A stretch of DNA of 63,078 bases, counting the filler, from Platydemus manokwari (Eukaryota), in NCBI GenBank assembly GCA_037951405.1. It is 5 parts of 5 records of this genome, joined end to end, with 100 filler letters (N's around TTAATTAATTAA, not from the genome) between each part and the next. Parts side by side here need not be neighbours in the genome. Positions count along the whole stretch, not along the records: positions 34,526 to 45,614 come from JBBMOY010916642.1; positions 45,715 to 63,078 come from JBBMOY011102553.1; 3 more parts are not named here. The stretch is one strand, 5' to 3'. This document shows, piece by piece, positions 36,271 through 49,000 of this stretch. The translations under genes and the position numbers were made by a program. Positions within the stretch are counted from its first letter, which is position 1, and each line of letters opens with the position of its first letter. The notes under the pieces were generated by a model that did not search any database, was not told the DNA's origin, and saw only the letters and a list, made by a program, of their open reading frames with translations.

Positions 36271-39200
36271 TTTTTTACTGGAATTAGGATATCTGTTTTT
36301 AACATACAGGAGTGGAATAAACATCAACCCATACAATATTCCAGAAAATAGACTCAAACCGATAGCTCTAGAATGCCAAATATGTTAGTCAAAACATTCG
36401 AAATATTCAACAAACAAAAATTTAGATTTTCTCTTCTTAACAAAATGAATAATTCGATTATGTGAATTACTGTTATCATGAGTCTGAATATTGTCTGTCG
36501 AGTCATGTGTTAAAATTGGTATCGCTTCCGTTTCGTGTCCCGAATGTATCATATTAACATTTGGTTTGATAAGGCCATATATCATTGGGCTGAAATGAAT
36601 TCGTATAAACAACCAATATTTACGGACCACGTGGGCTATAAATGATTAACGATTTGCATTCAATAACAGTTAATTATATACAAACGATAGTGAACCATAG
36701 ATTCTGAATTAGTAATTATGTATTGAACTTCTCTGTAGATAAATATCATGAAATAGGCAACTGATAATGAAATGGTCAGTTAATTTGCCAATCAGAATCA
36801 CGAAGAGAGGAATAAGAGAGTATTTTGGATATTGATTATAAATTTATAATATTTTCTAAGAATATAATCAAATTGAGAATCTTTAAATATTTTAATTATT
36901 TTAAATAAATTATTAAAAATACTTTTAAATTACTTTTTTGGTTAAATATAATTCTTTGTGTTGACTTTTTTCAGAGTCGTTTTCAACAAATATTTAATGA
37001 AATATTAGTGGCTAACAATCCCTATGTTTAATTCAGTATGTAAAGTCGAAAGGATATTATAAGTACACTAAAATGCCCTGATGGTATAAATTCATTGATA
37101 ACCTTTATGAATAATTATTTCCATCTTAACTTTATCTTTCGATTATTTCTATTGAAACGACTGAAATAAAGGCAATGGAAAATTTTTTAAAATTGGACCT
37201 ACTTCTATAGAAACAATATGCCATAGAAAATTTATCGTGGTTCCTTCTTTAATTTATTGTATATGACAAAGTTGAAATATTCCAATATTTTTTTTCAAAA
37301 ACTTCAATTGAAATCAGAAAAACCTTGTCTTCGAATATATTTCCACAATGAGCTACAGACAATTCTTTCAAATTTAACAGTCTAGATTTAGAGACAAAAC
37401 GAAAATAATTATTCCAAATTTTTCACAATAATTGATTCATATACTTATTGATACATCAAATTAATTTTTATAAATACTTGATTTTTTAAATGAAAGATAA
37501 ACTTGATTATTCTTCATGATAAAATTATAATAGAACAAGAAAAGAAAATTCGTACAATAATAATTAATAATAAATTTATTCTAAAATACGGTATATCAAT
37601 CCTGGAATAAAATTTTTTTTTAATATTTGAACTGGGGAACTTAATAAAAAATGACTTTAATTGTTAGCTAATTGTTCACTAATCAAGAAATATATATAAA
37701 CCGTGTGTTTCATATGTGTCTGTCTCTAAAACTAAAATAAAACAACAAAGCACAATATAATTTATACTCACATATTTATACTCATTGATCTTAATTATTA
37801 TTCACTGATTAATGTACTTTATTTCTTATTTCTTATTAATCAGTTACATTATTACAAAATGTTAAATTTTCGCTTACTGATAAAGTGTTTATAGTTAGCT
37901 ATGCAATACTTTACCAGAGTAGTATCAAAGTTTGCCAAGAATTTTAACAACATTTCAATCGTTCACTACCAGCTTAGACAACAGTGCAATATTGGAAATA
38001 GAAGTTTGAAGAAACTGAAAACTTATCCACTAGGTTGCGATCAGGAAGACCGTATGATGAAACGATGAAGGAAAAGGAGAAATTTTGTAAAAGAGAATGA
38101 TGGCACAAATCAACGAGAAATTGCACGAGTGTGTATGACCTCACATACTACTGTTCACAGATATCTCAAGGAAGAAAAAATAATACCTTTCAAATATTCT
38201 TTTAATCAATCATTGAGAGAAGATTATCCCGATAGGAAGGTTGAATTTTGTTCTTGGATAGTCAACGAAAGCAATGTCAATTTCCATAAAAAGATTATTT
38301 TCTCAGATGAATCTTCGTTTTATCTAAACGGTCTCGTACGAAAACACAATCGTTTTTATTACGCTAACGAAAATGAACATCGTGTGTTATCTGTATCGCT
38401 TAAGCCATCTGGACTGGCCGTTTGGGCGGCTATGTAATAAGATCTTGATGTAACCTTCAGTATCAGTCGTGAAACAATGAACAAATAACGATATGTCGTT
38501 GTTTTAAATCAAAAGCTGTTGTACTTCATTGGAAATAACAATCAACATTGGTATCAAACTCGATGGTGTCCCACCTAATTTCATTATTCCAGTACGACAA
38601 TGGATTGATTAACATTTTCCACAGCGGCGGATTGATCCTAGAGGACCAAAGGAATGGCTCCTAGATTTCCAGAACTCAGTATATTGGACTTTTGGCCATG
38701 GAGCTATATCAAAGATCAAGTTTATGCAATACATAACAATTATACAACGCTCAACCAACTTGAAGAAGCAATTTTACATGAATTAATAAACATCAATCAA
38801 AACGTAAATGTTATTCAAGCTTCACAAAACGATACAATATCTGTTTGGAGCAAGATGGTGAACATTTTGAACAGTCGCTACGAAATTGCTTATCATTTAC
38901 CGTTATTTGTTTTTACTGTTATTGTGTTTTGTTGTGCATTAAAGTAACTCAATACATTTATTTTGTTCTTACTGTTGTTTTATTTTAGTTTTAGAGGCGG
39001 AGACTTATGAATCACACGGTATATATATATATATATATCACATTGAAGTTGAATTTAAATAAATGGTGCCTAAAATAGTGAAATAAATCGTAATACTTAA
39101 CTAAAATAAATATTAAAATATTAAATTATCAAATAAAATTATCAATTACTTCAACATAACGAAAAGCATGGATATGATTTTAACACCCTTACAACTGCAT

Positions 39201-42030
39201 TAGCCCATTTTTAATATAAAGCAGGTATAACTAACCATATAGCAGTGAATACAAATCCTATGTAATTCATTGGTAGATTATTTGGTAGCTCTGGATCAAT
39301 ACCAAACCATCCAAATCTAAATATTTAACAATTATAAATTGTATTCGATTTATTTTGGGATTATTTTTATTTAGCTATAAAATGATAAATAATTTTTCAT
39401 TAGTAAAATAATTGAAAAATCAAAAAACAAGTACAAATACATTTATGTAAAACTAAATGAATAATAATCTCTTACACAAGACAAACTCCATTGTATCGCT
39501 TATATTCTTAGGCAAAAAGAAATTCCAGTAGGAGCCCAATAAGTAAACAAATATAATCAAAATTTTACGAGGATATAACTGAAGTTATTACGAATGGTAA
39601 AATATTAAAATAAATGATCACGAAAAAATAATTCAGCACATAGTAAACTAAATGATGTCAGAAACAAGTCAATTAAAATCTAAAAGAAATAAGAAATATT
39701 TTACCAGTAGTGACGATTGTGAAAGAAAGCCTTTAATAATAAACAAATACATTATAATAATATTTTATTTTATTAAATTACTTCGATTGCCTATGCAAAT
39801 TAAATGAATATCTTGTTAGGAATTACAAGCTCTACGTGCTTGAAAAGAACTTTCTCGTGTAAAGGTAGACATTATTTAATATTCAATTCAGTTTAATGAA
39901 TTATTAAAATATTATACACTAAACATGGCATTTGATTCCAAAGCTCAAAAATTTGTTATTGCTATTGCGTAAAATCTCAAAGTTATTTGAATAAAATTTA
40001 ATTTTCAATTTGGACTTATTCGCATATATATATATATATGAAATCATTATATTCTCCTAAAAATATTTATGTTGATATCGGTTAATGTGAATTGCTCTAA
40101 TTTCATTATATACAACCTAAATCCACACATCAGCTCTAACATAAAAGGGCAGAAAATAATTTAATTTAAATATGAGAAATTCGAATGGGAGACAAATAAA
40201 TTTTTATAATGATGATGATGATGATAGTAACGGTTTACATGGCGACCATTCATTTGGATTCGATTCTGAGAAGATCTATGGCATGCAAGTATTGTAGAGA
40301 AAATGGAAAATATAGAGAACATACATAAAAGATAAAGAGAAGAAATCTTGACATAGATAAATATTTAGAGAATTCGATACAGAGATAATTAATAATCGAT
40401 AGAAAATCAAAATTTTAAAGAAAGGAGAATGTGAGGATTTTAAAAATAATGATAATGAAATGAATATAAAAGTATATTAATATGTTAAAATAATTGCAAA
40501 GAAATATAATTTGGTGTCGTGACTTTTCAGTGTGTTTTCAATGCGTTCTTCATAAAATAGTAGCGACTTACTCCGACCCGTATGACTTCTGATTTCATTT
40601 AATGTTGTAAATGATGTCATTTGTTTTCATATTTATAAATTCAAGTAGGATGATGGTTGTTGTTAATATTTCTATTAAACGTGCACGATTTATAAATGAT
40701 TTGATCATTTTCCGCTATGTACTCTATCAAGATCTTTATAAGTTTGTTGGTATTAGCCTACTGGTCATATTTCACATTCTGTTAATGGTGACCATTCTCC
40801 CTCGCGTTTGCGTGCTTCAATCAACTTATTATCATCATTAAAGATATATTATATGTTTAAATATTTTCGGAATTAAATATGTTCTTTCACTTGCATTTAA
40901 ATAGAAAAACGAACAAAATCCGCTAAAGTTCAAGATTTGCTTTATACAAACAGACAATCGAATATGGTGTCAGAATAAAATGATAAAGCAATTTTTATTA
41001 AAACAATTTAAACAAACCTCGTACTAAGCCAACTTATGATTATCGACGAGGAACTCCACAAAAGTATGCCCTTGCCAAGGCCAATCAAATTAACAATTGG
41101 AACCACACAAATATTTCCTAAAGATTCGTTAAATGTCAAGATTATTTTATTAATAACAACAACAGAAACTCTGAAAATGGAAATACATCAATAGAATGAT
41201 TAAATCTAAAAGTTCTCTTTAAAATAATACTAAATTGAGATGATATTAATATGATAGAGCTGGATCAAAACAAAGAACATGACGATAAATTATGGGTCCT
41301 TTTATACGTGATCGCATATCCTATTCGAGATGTCGAAATTCGGAATGATCGTTTGGCCATTAAAATCAGAATCAAGTGATTGAAATTATCCAATGTCACA
41401 GCGAAATCAATTCCTTACACATTTCCCCATCATAGTTAAATCATACGTTTGTTGCTATTTCTATTCAGAAATTCAATTACAATACACCGATCTTATGGGC
41501 AAATTCAGATATTTTCAATAGGAAAACATAATATTTGTCAAGTTTTATTTAAAATTTATAATAAATTAAGAATAAAAATTGCGAGAAAATAAAGTAATAT
41601 TATCATTAAAAATAAATGTATTACAAATTTAATAAAGAACCAATTAAATTATTGAATATTTTTTATATCTATAATAGTTATTTTAAAATTTAGTTACTCT
41701 AATTTTCAGATATTAAAACCATATCATTACCTGTTGACCATATAAATCCTCCTAATATTACTAAAGGCTCAAATTTGGGGAAATTATAATATCCAGCTAC
41801 TGGAAAACTTCCAATAAAAATAGCATTACATACTATCCACTGAAAAAACATACCTAAAATGGTGATTCAAATCTCATTTATTTTAATCGAAACATACCAT
41901 CTCCTGCATTTACTTTTTTTATTGGTAAAAAGTTAATACCAAAGCCTATTACGGTAACCAATAATCCTATAAAACCATATCCCACAGGAATGTTTTCACT
42001 AGGTTTGGATGTAGTATAACCCAAAAGCAT
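36271..42030 (-). CDS. TMEM144: TMEM144-like multipass membrane protein, paralog B (exons 1-6; last two exons not in this contig)
   Basis: Exons at about 42030-41898 (MLLG...FGINFLPIKKVNAGDG), 41852-41731 (MFFQWIVCNAIF...GGFIWSTG), 41117-41018 (NICVVPIVNLIGLGKGILLW), 39316-39236 (RFGWFGIDP), 36589-36417 (PMIYGLIK...) and 36368-36271 (AIGLSLFSGILYGLMFIP). GDGMFFQW and RFGWFG are TMEM144 hallmarks. Confidence 0.88.
36873..37017 (+). repeat. Solo LTR of the TRIM-like family
   Basis: TGAGAATCTTTAAA...TGTGTTGACTTTTTTCAG...TAGTGGCTAACA; same start and end motifs and similar length to the 20217-20379 and 40430-40572 LTRs. Confidence 0.65.
37701..39019 (+). mobile_element. Full-length but inactivated Tc1/mariner transposon, rosa/DD41D-like, in intron 4 of TMEM144-B
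   Basis: ~46-bp TIRs (CCGTGTGTTTCATATGTGTCTGTCTCTAAAACTAAAATAAAACAAC and its reverse complement ending at 39019), right flank (TA)n. Transposase motifs IIFSDES, VWAA, DGVPP, RGPKEW.PRFPELSILDFWPWSYIKDQVY. The second and third Asp codons are 125 nt apart (~41 residues). Stops and frameshifts are present. Confidence 0.92.
40171..40572 (+). mobile_element. TRIM-like non-autonomous LTR element, copy 3, in intron 3 of TMEM144-B
   Basis: Eroded 5' LTR ending CGGTTTACA (40239); PBS TGGCGACCATT plus GGATTCGATTCTGA; PPT AAAGAAAGGAGAA at 40417-40429; 3' LTR TGTGAGG...AAAATAGTAGCGACTTAC at 40430-40572. Confidence 0.8.
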
Positions 42031-42744
42031 AGTGGTGTTAATTTTCAAATAATTTTAAATGACCTTGAAAAGTTGATTAGTGATTATTGTATTTATAAAA
42101 ACATTTATCAGATATTAATAAAACATAACTTTGAATACAATGAAAAATAAATCTTACACTTGTTTATTCGAAAAATTGCATTAATAAAAAATCCCGGTAG
42201 CATTTACTTGCTAATAATTTTCGTTTGATTCTTTTACATTACAATGGTTAGAAGAAATTAGGTCAAGGACGAATTGTAATTATTGCAATGTTTGAAGAAT
42301 AAATCCGCGTGACTTTCTAATCTCATTTGTATGTCAATGACGTAATGTTAAGCGAAATTTTATTTGTTATTTCAGATATTACCACGCAATTTTTAATCTT
42401 AACAGTACAACTGAATTAATTTAATTTTGGTTTTGTACTAATGAATTTTTGTACTAATTGTAATTAAAATATATTATAAAATTTTATTTCTTCCAAAACT
42501 TTAAATAGTTTCTTTGCGCGGTGCACATTACTTTATGAAGTTTCGTGGCACACTAATAAAACATATTGAAATATCTAGCTTTTTCTAAATTCTGTCAACA
42601 TTATTCATCTCTTCTATTATGCTGGAGAATAATTTTATTCACGAGCCTTATTAGTTTAAAAGCAATGTTTAAAAAATATCAATTAACACCAAAATAAATA
42701 ATAAATAAAATAATTTCTGTTTGGGAAATTTTTTCTTAATGTCT

Positions 42745-42935
42745 CCACTTGACTTCGAGTACTGACAAACAAAAGTAATAAAATTTAAAATACTGATGAA
42801 CGTCATTCCAAATTTAAACGTATCTATCTAAATAGAATATGAAATTTAGGTGTGTTGATTTCTTGGGTGTTTTATTATATATAATTTCTGATATTGTATA
42901 AAACACCCAAGAAGTCAGTACTCGAAGTCAAGTGG
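42745..42935. mobile_element. 191-bp MITE-like element with perfect 22-bp terminal inverted repeats
   Basis: CCACTTGACTTCGAGTACTGAC (42745-42766) and GTCAGTACTCGAAGTCAAGTGG (42914-42935); internal 16-bp inverted repeat at 42860-42875 and 42898-42913. Confidence 0.75.
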
Positions 42936-44316
42936 TCCAATCCTCTAAGAAGCATTTACCATTATCTTTGGAATTAGATAACAATAAATGCTTAAAATAA
43001 GATTGAGCTTGTATGTACCTACAATCCCTCTGGTAAAAATGAGTTTGAGCATTAATTTATTTGTATTTAATAGAGTGATTGGATTAGATTCAATTAATTT
43101 AACTTTAAAGTAAAATCACAGCAAAATTGATTGAAAAAGTTATTTGATCAAGATAAAATTACTGGAAACGAGTTTAGGTGATGTGGAATAAGTATAATTC
43201 TACAAAGAATTCGTGCTGTTGATATATAATTGATTGTATCTTGTGATTGAGTAGGTGTAATAATTGCAGAGCTTTCTGTCTAATATTTCTTGACTGATAA
43301 TAATTGGCTAATTGTAATATCAAATATAATATTAGGTGCAGTCTAATATTGGGCGCGTAAGTGTCATTTTTAGGTATATGTATATTATTATTTTCATTCT
43401 TTGTTTGATGCTGTTTCTAATTTTATATTTAATTTAGTCTATTATTATCTTTTGTATTTGTTTGTTTCTACTTTTGGTGTTTTCATATTTTATTAATACT
43501 ATTTTTATTTTTTGATCTATGTTTATAAAAAATGTTTATTTATTATCTTACTTCGCATATTTTTAAGTTTCTATAATTATCAATATAGTTAGTGTATTAT
43601 TTACGATTTAACAAAATAATTTTTAGTTTTTGCGATATATTAATTTCGATAGTTTTCGGAATATATGACTTACTTCATGTGTGTTAATTAAAATATTACC
43701 ATTATGGATTAGTGTTTTTATACCTTTTGTGGTCATGAAACGATTTATACACACCCACTCATTACATGTAAATAAAACTCGAATACATTGAAAGGATGAA
43801 TGGCCATGTGCCCTAGCTTTATTTTAATTATAACTGTAAATGCTTTATTGAAAGAAAAACGTGAGGAATGTTAAAAATGCAGTCCATTTTTTGATATTTT
43901 GTACAAACGGATATGAGTTTGCAAAATGTGGCTCAAAGTATGATTAGCCTAACCCCACGGAATCTAGGTTGAAAAGCAATGTTGTAATGTGTAAAATTAT
44001 AAATCTTCCAAAGGATAATCGGCTTTGTTGTTTAATAAAATAAAACGTTGAATACAATAAAACTCTATCAGCGAAGGACTTATAGGATAATGTTTTATTT
44101 ACATTATGGTGTTATATAATATGTAAGGTGTAAACAAAACAGTTAATTGAAAAGTCAAATGTACAGCATTAAAATCCAACTAATAGATATTCACAATATA
44201 AACAAATTATGAACGCTAAATATCTCTTCTATAGAGAACTCATTCTCGTTAAATTAATCAATAAAAATGAAGGAACACAAGATGAAAATAATAATTTATT
44301 TCAAGGAATAAATTTC

Positions 44317-45435
<1,119 letters not shown>

Positions 45436-45614
45436 TTATTATTTCAAATTACAGGATTAAATAAAACAAAAAACAAACATACAGAAAATTCATTAATATG
45501 ATATTTGTCATTTCTATTTGCTATTACGTAACTCATATAAATATTTATCAACAGAAATCAATAAATATTGCCAACATTTTAATTACGCACAAATAAAACC
45601 ATGAAAAATGTAAG

Positions 45615-45714
45615 NNNNNNNNNNNNNNNNNNNNNNNNNNNNNNNNNNNNNNNNNNNNTTAATTAATTAANNNNNNNNNNNNNNNNNNNNNNNNNNNNNN
45701 NNNNNNNNNNNNNN
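45615..45714. other. Artificial contig spacer
   Basis: 44 N + TTAATTAATTAA + 44 N. Confidence 0.98.
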
Positions 45715-46046
45715 ACAGTAATTTAAGTACCTTAATTGATTAAAAATTTGGAATTTTATAATTAGTAAAGAACGTTAGTAATTCAATGAACGCCAACTGT
45801 TTTCTGATAAATTTAATTGGGTAATTTTTTAAATTAAGCGAATTTTTTATACAGTTTTTAATTATTCTAGTTTCAAATAAATTACTAAACGTATATTGCA
45901 AATACATTTTAATTTAATTAAAAATATAAATAATTAATAGGAAAGGATATATTTGATTGATTGATTGTTTAAATATGCTATTTTAATCATTCGAGGTCAT
46001 CGTTTTTTAAATAATTTTCACATATGATGTCGATTGGATTTATAAA

Positions 46047-49000
46047 ATGACTAGTTATTCAAGATCATCAAAAGGTTTGGAAGATACAAACAGAGGAAAT
46101 TATATTCCGTTGCCGATACAAAGCTTTCTACTTACTCAAACAAAGTATTCAGAAATATGTGAAAAATTGTTATACTTTGATTTTAATTTTCAGTTCGTTT
46201 TTTCTAAATAAGAATACCAGAGATAATGCATGCATAGTGAGTTTGAAAATTCAAATTTTTTCATTACAATAATTAATAATTATGATAATAATATTATCAA
46301 GAATTATTCATAATTTCAATTTTTTACTTCTCTGATTAATATAGTAAATGAATAAAAATTCAAATTTTATTGATTTGTAGAGCCTAGAACGCGTGCTTGT
46401 TCAAAACATCATACATGGTCTATCTCCTCCAGTCTGTAATTCTATACAGATGGTCAGCCGGTGGCAGCTTATCAAAACTGCTTTTCCTCACGTGATGCAT
46501 TGCGCAGCTTTGCTAATGAGTGAAAAATTTAGCCAGGAAACCAACAGAGTTCCATTTTCGTCCACCGAGACCAAGATTATGTACAGTTTGCATTGGATCA
46601 TTATGGACGCTGCTTCAGAATGTGAAGATAACGATAGAGAAAATAAATGTAACCTCTCATATTTTTACTAACCCTTCAAAATTTCGTTCAGGTTCTGACG
46701 GCATCAGCTATTTACACGATCTCAGCGCAATTCAGCTATTCGTTTATTTGTTCGCATCTCTCATTCATCAGATGGATGAATCACTTTTCCAGACCCTCAA
46801 ACTCGAGAATGGTCTCAATATTTGGACCTCTTTGCGAAATTTTCAACAACCACAACTAACATGCTTCACAGCTCCAGTAAAATCAAAGACCTGCAAAACT
46901 GAATCGTCATCAAAACCTACGGTGGCAATAGGTGTCAAGAGTGCTCAAATATACATCGGAAAGGGCAGCTCTGTTGAAAAACTAACTGTTGATCCGAAAG
47001 ATAGGTCAAGTTTTGTCAATGGTGCATTTTGCCCAGCTAATATTTTATACCCAGAAGAATCGATAGACAGCGACGTATGTTCATGTTGAGTAAAATCAAA
47101 TTAATGTTTTTAATCATTTTTCATAGATGACAACGAGTTTTGGAGGAACGAGCATTCTTGATTCTACCGCGAAAAACCATTGGTTGAAAAGCACAATGTG
47201 TGGTGGTGATAATGTTATGGGGTTTTCTAACTTGAATCAATCAAAACTCTCACCGGCACCATTAGCTCGACTGAGTGACATATGCCCTCTGTCGACAGTT
47301 TCTGGAGACACAATCAACTTGGAGGTGTATTGTGAAAATTGCAACAGCGTAGTCAGCAACAAATCGGTTAGAAATAAATCGTACATAGGACTATTGTTTT
47401 GAATTTCATTAAAATACCTTCAGTGTATTTTATCTAGTATGGGCATCATTTTTCTCAAATCAATTATGCTATATTCTAAAAATTACTCTTTATTGAATAT
47501 CGTACAAAAGTAGATAACGGAATATTTATTGATTGCTAATAAGTGCTGCCCAGCACCAAATACGAATATCAATAAGTAACACTGTCTTCTGGTTTCTACT
47601 GGGCATGTATTTTGCCAAATTGAAATCTTCGTTTTATACTGATTATGATTAGTCGATAATGAACCCTATTTGATGATGCAGGTGTGTATGTGAGTAAAAA
47701 TATCAAAACAGATGTCCAAGGCAACAATGGTCTTTATTTTGTGTGATATTCTTCTATACTCAACACTTTATTTTGATATGTTCGTTGCATTTTTTTCAGT
47801 TTAAATAGTAACGATAATTGTCAGGGATCCAGTAATTATGTCAAATTATTGATTTCTATGATTATTTATGATCTTTAAATTTTTGTCTTGAAGCATACCT
47901 TAATATAAGGTGAATTTATTACAACAATTTCAGATATCAAATTTAGATGTCATTTTCTTTAAAATTTTTTTGATAACGATAATAATAATTATTATTATCA
48001 GCAATAATATAAGTACTCTTGTATTTCTAAGCGCAGTCAATTTTAATAAATTAAAAATAAGTTCTGAATTTAAAGATAAAATTGTTGGTCCAGGGTGAAC
48101 TTATTGGATGCTCTTGTTATCCGGCCAGCAAACGAAACAGTTGGTCTTTATTACATCCCAAATTAGGAAAATTAAATTTGCCGATCGATTGGGATTACAA
48201 AAACAAAATAATTAACGAAACAGCAGCATGTCCTCAACAAATACCATCGCAAGGCGATGATTTTCTCTTAGCAACCCATCTAGATTTGGCGGTACTTCGA
48301 TGTCTCTTTTGTCAAGGATGGTCAGAACCTGGGGTCTACTGGGGATTACGTTATCTTCACAAGAGATTGTTGGAAATCAGCCGAGAACTGAAAATGTCGG
48401 AAGAACAAGAAAGAAGATTTCAAAATAGCTTCAAAAGACGAAGTAAATCAGCTCATTGTGTGCGAGTGGAAATTCCAGATTCGTTTTGGCAAGATCCAAT
48501 TGGTGGTAAATCTCAATTTGATCGAAGTACGATAAGTAAAAATAATTGAGTTAATTTTATCTATTGGCCTGTAGATATTATGGATGACTGCAGTTCAGAT
48601 TCAAGCTCTCGTCATCCAGTCTCACAAGATCCATCAAGTGATCTGTCAGCTTCTTTTCCAATGTCAATGTGGGATCGTTCTATGAGTATATCAGCAATGA
48701 CAGTTAGACCTTCTAAAAAAATGAAGATGACAGATTTCAAAGAAAGGTTTACAAAAGTTTCAAAATTAAAAAAAATAGAAATGGAAAAAGAGGATGAAAA
48801 CCCAGATAATGGAAACAAGCTCCGTAACCAGATTCAAATTACTAATGCCCATGGATCTAGAATGCCACCAAGTCCCAGGCAGCAAAGAAATTCAAAGCTT
48901 CCGAATGAAGGCGTGATTCCAGAAGAATTGATGGATAGTGGGTCAGATAAAGATGAGCGCAGAAGCAGTTTACCATGTTAGAGATTTTTATGATAAATAA

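Noticed and set aside
39475-39872. Possible nested mini-gene on the minus strand (MSTFTRESSFQARRA... plus a hydrophobic exon) in TMEM144-B intron 3
   Set aside because: It needs 36-nt and 25-nt introns and a 9-nt exon, shorter than the ~40-50-nt minimum in the well-supported genes, and has no recognisable homology. RNA-seq would be needed.
42793-42830. CTGATGA cores (also at 658, 19376, 55936, 61838) as possible hammerhead ribozymes or retrozymes
   Set aside because: I could not find a stem II followed by GAAA with closing helices by eye; an Infernal or RNAmotif search would settle it.
47055-47074. Apparent 20-nt UNC-80 micro-exon
   Set aside because: The phases are incompatible; the frame reads through as one exon, ~46692-47074.
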